33,942 nucleotides of DNA from the NCBI GenBank assembly GCA_905233405.1, contig CAJOEG010000017.1, forward strand, positions 1 to 33,942, written 5' to 3'. This stretch comes from an uncultured Bacteroidales bacterium (lineage in GTDB: Bacteria; Bacteroidota; Bacteroidia; Bacteroidales; ML635J-15). Made by a program: the position numbers and the translations under genes. The notes below the pieces were generated by a model. The model ran no database searches, had not been told where the DNA came from, and saw nothing but the letters and a program-made list of their open reading frames with translations. Of this stretch, positions 15,774-23,184 are shown piece by piece (the first letter of the stretch is position 1; every line of letters begins with the position of its first letter).

Positions 15774-17237
15774 TTATTGTTGCTCTTTCTTTTTGGAGAT
15801 GCTGTCCTTTATAATGACTAGCGCCGAACGCAAATCCAATACGCGTAGCAAAATGGCCACCACGACGCAGAACACAAGAACCAAGCATACAATTACCCAC
15901 CAGTTGCAATTTATCATAGTGGCAAAATAAGCACCAACAACCGAAACTGCAACAAAAATCACAGTTACAATCGTAAACTTCAGGTTGAAATTGAACTTGA
16001 ACAGGCGGAATGCTATGATGTACTGGCAAAGTCCGGTTGCAAGCTGTGTGACCATACTCGAAATTGCCGCACCGATTACACCATAATGCGGTATAAGAAT
16101 GAAATTTAGTACAATATTTAGCACCATTCCACAGGCAGCCATAATGTTCAAATATTTAAGACTTCCGTTTGAGGTAAGCAAGGTGCCGAAAATGTAGGTT
16201 ATGCAGATTCCGACGAAACCTACCATCAGTATTGCCAGCACAATGGAACTTGTCTCGATATGCTCGAAGTACATAAGCCCCATAATTTCGCGGTTGAAGA
16301 ATAGGCAGACACTCATAAGGGCGATGGCAGGCACGAAAATCAGCACGAAAGCCGTCTTGCACAGACCTTCCACATTTTGTTTCTGCTTTATCATACGGGC
16401 AAACATCGGCAGTAGTAAAACTGAGAAAAGGTAGGCGAACATAGAAGCGGCTTCCAAAATTCTGAACGCCTGTGCGTAGATTCCTGCCTGTTCCTTGCCA
16501 TTGGGGAGCATCCTCTCAAGCATTACAGAGTCGATGCGGTTGTAGAACGCCATAAGTAGTATAAGTAACGCGTACGGGAAACTCTGCTTGATGAAAGCGA
16601 TGAAATATTTCATCTGGAAGTTTAGGTGGAAATGCTTTGTCTTGCTGAAGACGATAAGGAATGCCACAAGAGCGGTGATGAAATATGCCGCCGTCTGCGT
16701 AAGGACGAACCATTCAATTTTTATAGGCGTGTCGGTCACGTGTCCCCAGACGAGTATGCTGCAGAAAATTATCATTAGCAGGCGGTCGAGTACCGAGAGT
16801 ATACTGTCGGTCTTGAACATCTGCATACCGCTTACATTGGAGCGTAGGTAAAGCGTCATCGACTGCAGGAACTGGTTGATAACCAAAATGCCTAGTATTT
16901 TCATCTGGCGCAACTCGTATCCGAGGCACAGCGCGACAATCATTGATATTGCAACATATACTCCAGCGAGTACAATCCTGAGTGCCAATAGGTTGGAAAG
17001 GCTTTTGTCGAGCAAGTTGCGGTTCTGGGCGATGTTGCGGTTGTTGAAGTTGGTGATGCCCATGTCGAGGATGATATTGAGCAGCAGCGAGAAGTTGAGC
17101 AGCGAAAAATATATGCCGAACTCCTCGGCGCCGACAATATTCTGCACCGAACGCTCAACCCCGAATATCCAGAAAGGCTTTACCAAGATATTGAGGAAGA
17201 GAAGAAAACATAAGTTTATTACAAAATTTCTCTTCAT
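15774..17237 (-). CDS. Polysaccharide/oligosaccharide flippase (MOP superfamily, Wzx-like)
   Basis: About 12-14 TM segments throughout. The ORF track starts at a TTG (17255); the first ATG is at 17237 (MKRNFVINL...). Confidence 0.75.
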   Translation of the reverse strand: MKRNFVINLCFLLFLNILVKPFWIFGVERSVQNIVGAEEFGIYFSLLNFSLLLNIILDMGITNFNNRNIAQNRNLLDKSLSNLLALRIVLAGVYVAISMIVALCLGYELRQMKILGILVINQFLQSMTLYLRSNVSGMQMFKTDSILSVLDRLLMIIFCSILVWGHVTDTPIKIEWFVLTQTAAYFITALVAFLIVFSKTKHFHLNFQMKYFIAFIKQSFPYALLILLMAFYNRIDSVMLERMLPNGKEQAGIYAQAFRILEAASMFAYLFSVLLLPMFARMIKQKQNVEGLCKTAFVLIFVPAIALMSVCLFFNREIMGLMYFEHIETSSIVLAILMVGFVGICITYIFGTLLTSNGSLKYLNIMAACGMVLNIVLNFILIPHYGVIGAAISSMVTQLATGLCQYIIAFRLFKFNFNLKFTIVTVIFVAVSVVGAYFATMINCNWWVIVCLVLVFCVVVAILLRVLDLRSALVIIKDSISKKKEQQ

Positions 17238-17309
17238 CCTTGTAATGGAGCGCAAAAATACAACATAAAAGCGAATCTAAAAACGATAACGAATAATATG
17301 CGAAAATGT

Positions 17310-17342
17310 TTTGTTGCTGTTGAAAAAAATTAACTACCTTTG
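17310..17342 (+). promoter_or_regulatory. Promoter of the ferredoxin gene
   Basis: TTTG (17310-17313), a 21-nt spacer, then TACCTTTG (17335-17342), 44 nt upstream of the ATG. Confidence 0.45.
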
Positions 17343-17386
17343 CCAGCGAAATTTTCAGTATTAATTAATATTTAAATTTTAAAGAA

Positions 17387-17554
17387 ATGGCTTATAAAAT
17401 CAGTAACGACTGCGTATCTTGCGGTACATGCGCTGGCGAATGCCCAACAGGCGCTATCAGCGAAGGAACTCCTTATGTAATCAATGCTAACGAATGTGTA
17501 TCTTGCGGTACTTGCGCAGGTGCATGCCCAGTTGGTGCAATTTCAGAGGAATAA
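17387..17554 (+). CDS. 2x[4Fe-4S] clostridial-type ferredoxin (55 aa, below the ORF-track cutoff)
   Basis: My translation is MAYKISNDCVSCGTCAGECPTGAISEGTPYVINANECVSCGTCAGACPVGAISEE. It carries two CxxCxxCxxxCP motifs and is followed by a strong terminator. Confidence 0.9.
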   Translation: MAYKISNDCVSCGTCAGECPTGAISEGTPYVINANECVSCGTCAGACPVGAISEE

Positions 17555-17575
17555 TAGCAGTCTGAAAAAAGATTG

Positions 17576-17605
17576 ATAGGTTGCCGATTGGCAACCTATT
17601 TTTTT
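17576..17605 (+). terminator. Rho-independent terminator after the ferredoxin gene
   Basis: 10-bp stem ATAGGTTGCC / GGCAACCTAT with a GATT loop, followed by a T6 run. Confidence 0.8.
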
Positions 17606-17716
17606 GAATCCACTGGTCATTCCACAAGTCAGAACATACACGCGATACGAAACGGAGAGCGTTGTAATGTTCGACTATGCGGAATCTCCTAAAGAATAAT
17701 ATTAAACTAAATTTTT

Positions 17717-17905
17717 ATGCAGAAAACTTGTCCAGAATGTAACAAAACATTTGAATGCTCTCAAAGCGAAAACTGCTGGTGTACACGCATCACAATTCCA
17801 GAAGACGTAGCCAACTATTTGAGAAGCAAATACTTCGACTGTCTTTGCGAGGGCTGTATGACCAAAATTTTAAAAAACAAGGAAAAAATTTTGCAGGGTA
17901 AATAA
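17717..17905 (+). CDS. Cysteine-rich CWC-family small protein
   Basis: 62 aa with 8 Cys, in the pattern CPECNKTFEC...NCWC...CLCEGC that is characteristic of PF14375-type proteins. Confidence 0.7.
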   Translation: MQKTCPECNKTFECSQSENCWCTRITIPEDVANYLRSKYFDCLCEGCMTKILKNKEKILQGK

Positions 17906-17920
17906 AATGCACTACCTTTG
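17890..17920 (+). promoter_or_regulatory. Promoter of tRNA-Cys
   Basis: TTTG (17890-17893), a 19-nt spacer, then TACCTTTG (17913-17920). The box ends 11 nt before the mature tRNA 5' end. Confidence 0.5.
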
Positions 17921-17931
17921 CATCCACTTAA

Positions 17932-18002
17932 GGTACCTTGGCCGAGTGGTGAGGCACCAGTCTGCAAAACTGGGTACTGCAGTTCGATTCTGCAAGGTAC
18001 CT
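17932..18002 (+). tRNA. tRNA-Cys (GCA)
   Basis: 71-nt cloverleaf folded by hand. Acceptor GGTACCT/AGGTACC, anticodon stem CCAGT/ACTGG with loop CTGCAAA, T arm TGCAG-TTCGATT-CTGCA, discriminator U73. No encoded CCA. Confidence 0.9.
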
Positions 18003-18006
18003 CAAC

Positions 18007-18036
18007 AAAAAAGACATCCGATTGGATGTCTTTTTT
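18007..18036. terminator. Bidirectional terminator shared by tRNA-Cys and convergent higA
   Basis: 13-bp stem AAAAAAGACATCC / GGATGTCTTTTTT with a GATT loop. A/T runs on both sides. Confidence 0.8.
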
Positions 18037-18039
18037 AGT

Positions 18040-18351
18040 TTAAAACACAGCTGCAATTTTTTGTATTCCTTTTAGCATATCAGTAAGCGATTTATCTTTT
18101 CGCGCTGTTTGCATATTGTATTTTGTTTGTAGATACATTAGAGAATCTGCTGGCACATCAAGAACCGCTTCAAACATTAAGGCAGTTTTTGCTGTAAGTG
18201 GACGATGCCCATTTAGTATTTCATTTACAACAGAATAAGTTAGTCCCATACTTTCTGCCAATTGACGCTGACTGATGCCACGATATTCTATTTCATCTTT
18301 CAGTACCTCTCCTGGATGTGTCGGGTATGCACCGTAACCTAAATTTCCCAT
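18040..18351 (-). CDS. higA: HigA-family antitoxin (XRE-type HTH)
   Basis: 103 aa with THPGEVLKDEIEYRGISQRQLAESMGLTYSVVNEILNGHRPLTAKTALMFEAVL. Starts 11 nt downstream of the toxin gene. Confidence 0.85.
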   Translation of the reverse strand: MGNLGYGAYPTHPGEVLKDEIEYRGISQRQLAESMGLTYSVVNEILNGHRPLTAKTALMFEAVLDVPADSLMYLQTKYNMQTARKDKSLTDMLKGIQKIAAVF

Positions 18352-18362
18352 TTTTTCCTCCT

Positions 18363-18671
18363 TTATTTATAATGGTTTGACAATTCTATTATATTGCAGA
18401 TGGTAATTCCGTCTTTTTCTGATGACTTAAATTCTATCCTATACTGGTCATTAACGCGCACCGATTCAAATCCTTCCTTGTCACCTATCAGATTTTCGTA
18501 ATGCAAGGCTTGATAGCGATATAAGTCAGTAGTTTTGTCAACAGAATCGAGAATATTTATTACGCGAATGTATTTCTTCACTATATGGGGTTGATAGCGA
18601 TGTTGTTTATCGTTTGCCTTGCCATGATAGAATAATTCGCGCAGATATTCTTTTTCAAATTTTATATCCAT
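18363..18671 (-). CDS. higB: HigB-like toxin (RelE/ParE superfamily, plasmid-maintenance-killer type)
   Basis: 102 aa with C-terminal ...LIGDKEGFESVRVNDQYRIEFK...ICNIIELSNHY. The toxin-first gene order is typical of higBA. Confidence 0.75.
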   Translation of the reverse strand: MDIKFEKEYLRELFYHGKANDKQHRYQPHIVKKYIRVINILDSVDKTTDLYRYQALHYENLIGDKEGFESVRVNDQYRIEFKSSEKDGITICNIIELSNHYK

Positions 18672-18693
18672 CCACTATATTAATTTTCGGGTA

Positions 18694-18739
18694 CAAAAAT
18701 AATATTAATAAATCATTATTCGCAATTTTTGCGAATAAT
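18694..18739 (-). promoter_or_regulatory. higBA promoter with a 25-bp perfect palindromic operator
   Basis: On the minus strand: TATTTTTG (18694-18701), a 21-nt spacer, then ATTG (18723-18726). The perfect inverted repeat ATTATTCGCAA-TTT-TTGCGAATAAT (18715-18739) overlaps the -33 element. Confidence 0.5.
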
Positions 18740-18863
18740 TTTTATAATTAATTATAAAACAATAATTTACTATTTAAAACAAACCCATATAAAATTACAT
18801 TCCGATTTGCCTGCACACTTTTTTTTCACTATTTTAGCACCGAAAATTTTAAAATCAAACACA

Positions 18864-19728
18864 ATGAAAAAGTTTTGTTTGTTCATATTCTTGGTATTGG
18901 CAAGCGTATATTCGTTTGCACAGAACGCATCGATATGAAAAAAGCGAGCGTTTCTGGATTTATGTAAACGGCAAGCAACAGAACCATCATCCAGAATCTT
19001 TTATACAAATAGACGGACTTTATGCCGATTGGGACTACAATATCCGCATTGTAATGGAAAACAAGCGCAGGTCGGAAATGTCAACGGTAATGCGCCTTCA
19101 CCATGGAAACAACAGCTATTCGCTAAATTGTAATTCACGAAGCGGACAAATAAGCCTTAACCAGAAACATGGTAATTATCCTCCACATCCACAAAATGGT
19201 AATCACAACCAGCAGTATCCTCCGCAAGGTAATCCACCTAAGTTTCCACCTCAGGGAAATCATCAATATCCACCACAAGGCAATCCTCCTCAGTTCCCAC
19301 CGCAAGGGAACCACCAATATCCTCCGCAGGGTAATCCTCCACAATTTCCTCCACAAGGAAATCCACCTACTCCTCCTCAGCACGGAAATCACAACCACAA
19401 TAAGCCACCAGTACCACCAGTTGCAGAACCTATACCCGCACCAATGCCGTGCTCCGATGCTGATTTTGCCGATGCAAAACGTACAATTGAAAAGGCTGAT
19501 TTTGAAGATACTAAACTTACAATTGCCAAGCAAATTGTTGCATCGGAACTGATGACCGCCAAGCAGTTGGCAGAAATCGCAAATCTTTTCGATTTCGAGC
19601 ACACCAAGCTTGAATTCCTAAAATTTGCCTATCCGTACTGCTTCGACCAGAACAAATATTATATGGTGAATGATGTATTTGATTTCTCGTCGTCTGTTGA
19701 CGAACTGAACAAGTTTATAAACAAATAG
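18864..19728 (+). pseudogene. DUF4476-domain secreted protein, frame-disrupted just after the signal peptide
   Basis: The signal peptide MKKFCLFIFLVLASVYSFAQNASI* (18864..18938) is in one frame. The rest, ...YEKSERFWIYVNGKQQN...PQGN repeats...DUF4476-like C-terminus (DADFADAKRTIEKADFEDTKLTIAKQIV...FDFEHTKLEFLKFAYPYC), is in the +1 frame and only has a TTG at 18916. Confidence 0.6.
19198..19380 (+). repeat. P/Q/G/N-rich tandem peptide repeat (51-bp unit)
   Basis: The unit GNH(N)QQYPPQGNPP(K/Q)FPPQ occurs three times plus a partial copy. Units at 19255-19305 and 19306-19356 encode identical 17-mers. Confidence 0.9.
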
Positions 19729-21588
19729 TTATACTTTCTCGTTCTTTACCATAAACTTGTGCAGAACAATAAGCGACCACAACCTATTATATAGGTATCC
19801 GTGGCCTGCACGGAATTTCTTTATAAGTTTCTGCACTTCGGCATAGTTTACAAGATTATACCTTGCAATAATGTCTTCGTTCAGGTAGTCGTCGATGAGG
19901 TACGACAAGTCGGTTTGTAGCCAACGTTCCAGCGGAATGGAGAACCCGCTCTTCTTCCTGTCGAAAAATTCCTTTGGAACATATCCGTAAAGCACTTCCT
20001 TCAAAATGTACTTTTGTACTCCATTGGAAATCTTGAATTTAGGACTGATGTTCAATGCCAATTCAACCAGTCTATGGTCGAGAAGCGGAACACGGACTTC
20101 AAGTGCATATTTCATCGAAGCGCGGTCAACTTTCACAAGAAGGTCGTCCTTCAAATAGTAGCGTATGTCGAAAATTGCCTGTGCCTCCTCGGGTGTAAGT
20201 TTGCGAACATAATTTGAATAGTCCTGTTCAACGCCTGTATCAACAAAAATATTGGGATTAAGCATTTTAGAAAGTTCCAATTCGCTGAAAAGGTATTGCT
20301 CCTGCGAGAAAATATGGCTCTTGAGATGTTCCTTGTTCTTATACTTGAAAATGTACGAAGCGCGCTTGTACCTGTCGGATGGAGACATACTTAGCAAATC
20401 GCCAATGACCTGCTTGAAAGGTTCCTTGCCGAGGTTGTGCATACGCTTTGCCCATATATAAGCCCCGTAGCCGTGGAAAAGTTCGTCGCCACCGTCGCCC
20501 GAAAGCGCCATAGTGACTTCCTGCTTTGCAAGCCTCGATACCATCATCGTGGGTATCGCCGACGAATCGGCAAAAGGCTCGTCGTAAAACTCAAGCATAT
20601 CTCCAATAAGTTCCTTTGCATCATTCTCGGTAACTTCATATTTATGGTGTGCCGTTCCAAGATACTCGGCAATCTTTTGTGCATACTCCGACTCATCGTG
20701 GGCGCGGTCGGCAAAACCGATAGAGAACGTGTTTAACTTTCCGCCGCAAACCTTTGCTGCAACAGCAGTTACAAGACTTGAATCAATGCCGCCGCTCAAA
20801 AATGTTCCATACGGCACATCGCTGATAAGTTGCATCTTTACCGCAGATTCAATGGTCTCGCGTATGCGCTGCTTGGCTTCCTCGTAGTCGCTAATGATGT
20901 TGCGGCGGATTATTCCCTCAACATCCCAGTAGTTTTCAGTACGGAAGCCTTTTTCGGATACTATGCCGATTTCACCGCTTGGGAATTTCTTTATTCCTGA
21001 ATAAATGGTGTCGGGTTCGGGAATGAAGCCCAAATTCAAGAACTCACTGATTGCTATATTGTTAAGCTGACGATTGTCACGGATTTTCTTTATCTTAAGC
21101 AGAGACTTTATTTCCGACGAGAAAGCAAAGTTTTCGCCGTCCCAGTAGTAGAACAGCGGCTTTATTCCTAATCTGTCGCGGAAAAGGTACATAATGTGTT
21201 CCTGCTTGTCGTAAATGCAGATGGAGAAAATTCCGTTGAGTTTATTTATAAAGGTAATACCCCATTCAGCAAAAGCCTCTACCACGACCTCGGTATCGCA
21301 GTTGGTCTTGAGCTCGATGTTGAGCTCCGAGGCGATTTCCATAAAGTTGTAGATCTCGCCATTGAACACGCAGATGTAGCGCATCGAGTGCGATTCCATC
21401 GGCTGGTTTGCGTCGGTAGAAAGGTCGAGTATGCTTAGGCGACGATGTCCAAGTCCTACATAATCGTTGTAGTATTGCCCCTGCGCATCAGGACCGCGAT
21501 GACCAATGCAGTCGGTCATTGCCTTCAGTTCGTCGCGGGAGACAAATTCATTGTGCTTTATAGAGTAGAATCCTGTTATTCCACACAT
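19729..21588 (-). CDS. asnB: Asparagine synthase (glutamine-hydrolysing)
   Basis: 619 aa with the Ntn nucleophile MCGITG, the GHRRLSILD motif and the PP-loop FLSGGIDSS. Confidence 0.9.
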   Translation of the reverse strand: MCGITGFYSIKHNEFVSRDELKAMTDCIGHRGPDAQGQYYNDYVGLGHRRLSILDLSTDANQPMESHSMRYICVFNGEIYNFMEIASELNIELKTNCDTEVVVEAFAEWGITFINKLNGIFSICIYDKQEHIMYLFRDRLGIKPLFYYWDGENFAFSSEIKSLLKIKKIRDNRQLNNIAISEFLNLGFIPEPDTIYSGIKKFPSGEIGIVSEKGFRTENYWDVEGIIRRNIISDYEEAKQRIRETIESAVKMQLISDVPYGTFLSGGIDSSLVTAVAAKVCGGKLNTFSIGFADRAHDESEYAQKIAEYLGTAHHKYEVTENDAKELIGDMLEFYDEPFADSSAIPTMMVSRLAKQEVTMALSGDGGDELFHGYGAYIWAKRMHNLGKEPFKQVIGDLLSMSPSDRYKRASYIFKYKNKEHLKSHIFSQEQYLFSELELSKMLNPNIFVDTGVEQDYSNYVRKLTPEEAQAIFDIRYYLKDDLLVKVDRASMKYALEVRVPLLDHRLVELALNISPKFKISNGVQKYILKEVLYGYVPKEFFDRKKSGFSIPLERWLQTDLSYLIDDYLNEDIIARYNLVNYAEVQKLIKKFRAGHGYLYNRLWSLIVLHKFMVKNEKV

Positions 21589-21641
21589 AATGAAAAAATT
21601 TGCGCAAAAATATTACTTATTGGCTAAACTTGAAAATGAAA

Positions 21642-23021
21642 TTATACCATTTTTCGCGGATTGACTGCTTCATCGAAGTCTTCTGCCGATATAAAGCCTG
21701 TTTTAAGAGCCGCCTCGCGAAGCGAAATGTTCTCCTTGTGAGCAGTTTTTGCGATTATTGCAGCCTTTTCGTAACCAATTTTTTCGTTAAGGGCAGTCAC
21801 AAGCATAAGCGACATTTCCATATATTTCGCAACCTTTTTCTCGTTTATGCGTATTCCCGAAACGCAGTTGTCGGTAAACGACACGCAGGCTTCGGCAAGC
21901 AGATTTGCAGACTCAAGGAAGTTTTTGATAATCATTGGTTTATAAACGTTCAGTTCAAAATGACCGTTCATTCCGCCTACGGTTATTGCAGTGTCGTTGC
22001 CTATGATTTGAGCGCAGACCATCGTCATTGCTTCTATTTGCGTTGGGTTAACCTTTCCGGGCATTATCGACGAGCCAGGCTCGTTTTCAGGAATCAAGAT
22101 TTCGGCAAAACCACAGCGCGGACCACTTGCCATATAGCGCAAGTCACCGGCAATCTTGGCAAGGCTTACGGCAAGCTGCTTCAGTGCAGCGTGAGTTTCA
22201 ACAATGGCATCGTGCGAAGCAAGCGACTCGAATTTGTTGGGTGCAGGAACAAACTGCAATCCGGTTTCTTCGGAAATGTGTCGGCAAACGGCAGCGTCGA
22301 AGCCTTTTGGAGCATTAAGCCCTGTACCTACTGCAGTTCCGCCTATTGCCAGTTCCGACAAGTGCAACAAACTATGCTTCAGCACTTTCAGCCCGTGGTC
22401 GAGTTGCGACACATAACCCGAAAACTCCTGCCCAAAACTTATAGGTGTAGCATCCATAAAGTGGGTGCGACCAGTCTTTATCACGTTGACAAACTCCTGC
22501 GACTTGGCATTCAAGCAATCGCGCAACCTCTCAATGGCTGGAATGGTCTTACACGAAATTGCCTTCAGTGCAGCAATGTGCATTGCCGTCGGAAAAGTAT
22601 CGTTCGACGACTGGCTCTTGTTAACGTCGTCGTTGGGGTGCAAGATTTTTTTCGCATCGGTAAGTTTTCCGCCCGAGATGATGTGTGCACGGTTTGCAAT
22701 CACCTCGTTGACGTTCATATTGGTCTGAGTTCCAGAGCCTGTCTGCCAGACCACCAGCGGAAACTGGTCGTCGAGCCTACCGTTTGAAATTTCGTCGCAG
22801 ACCTGAGCAATAAGGTTAGCCTTTTCGGTTGGCAGTTTGCCAAGTTCCTCGTTGGCGCGTGCGGTGGACTTTTTCAGCACGGCGAAGGCGCGTATAATCT
22901 CTATCGGCATTCGTCCGCCAATCTTGAAATTCTGAAACGAGCGTTGTGTCTGTGCGCCCCAGTATGCCTCGGCAGGAACCTTTACGATTCCCATTGTGTC
23001 TTTTTCCTCGCGATATTCCAT
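21642..23021 (-). CDS. fumC: Class II fumarate hydratase
   Basis: Signature [13 protein letters not shown]. The start is taken at the ATG at 23021 ([28 protein letters not shown]), giving 459 aa. The 42-aa upstream extension in the ORF track looks non-native. Confidence 0.93.
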   Translation of the reverse strand: MEYREEKDTMGIVKVPAEAYWGAQTQRSFQNFKIGGRMPIEIIRAFAVLKKSTARANEELGKLPTEKANLIAQVCDEISNGRLDDQFPLVVWQTGSGTQTNMNVNEVIANRAHIISGGKLTDAKKILHPNDDVNKSQSSNDTFPTAMHIAALKAISCKTIPAIERLRDCLNAKSQEFVNVIKTGRTHFMDATPISFGQEFSGYVSQLDHGLKVLKHSLLHLSELAIGGTAVGTGLNAPKGFDAAVCRHISEETGLQFVPAPNKFESLASHDAIVETHAALKQLAVSLAKIAGDLRYMASGPRCGFAEILIPENEPGSSIMPGKVNPTQIEAMTMVCAQIIGNDTAITVGGMNGHFELNVYKPMIIKNFLESANLLAEACVSFTDNCVSGIRINEKKVAKYMEMSLMLVTALNEKIGYEKAAIIAKTAHKENISLREAALKTGFISAEDFDEAVNPRKMV

Positions 23022-23184
23022 TCTAAAATTTTTAACGATTGCGAATATAGAACAAAAATCGGAAAGTTGGACAAAATGTTTGAAAATTGTATGGCAATAG
23101 ATGTGGTTTACAAGGTTGATGTATTCGGATTGCTGGATAAACCCCATTTTTTGAAGCGGCGAAACCTTTGAAACAAGAAACTGC

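Noticed and set aside
17387-18002. A 'cysteine theme': an 8-Cys ferredoxin, an 8-Cys CWC protein and tRNA-Cys in a row
   Set aside because: Each has its own promoter and terminator signals, and there is no mechanism linking them. It is probably coincidence.
17576-18036. Both local terminators share the apex CC-GATT-GG
   Set aside because: There are only two instances. An 8-nt match at hairpin tips could be chance and would need genome-wide terminator statistics.
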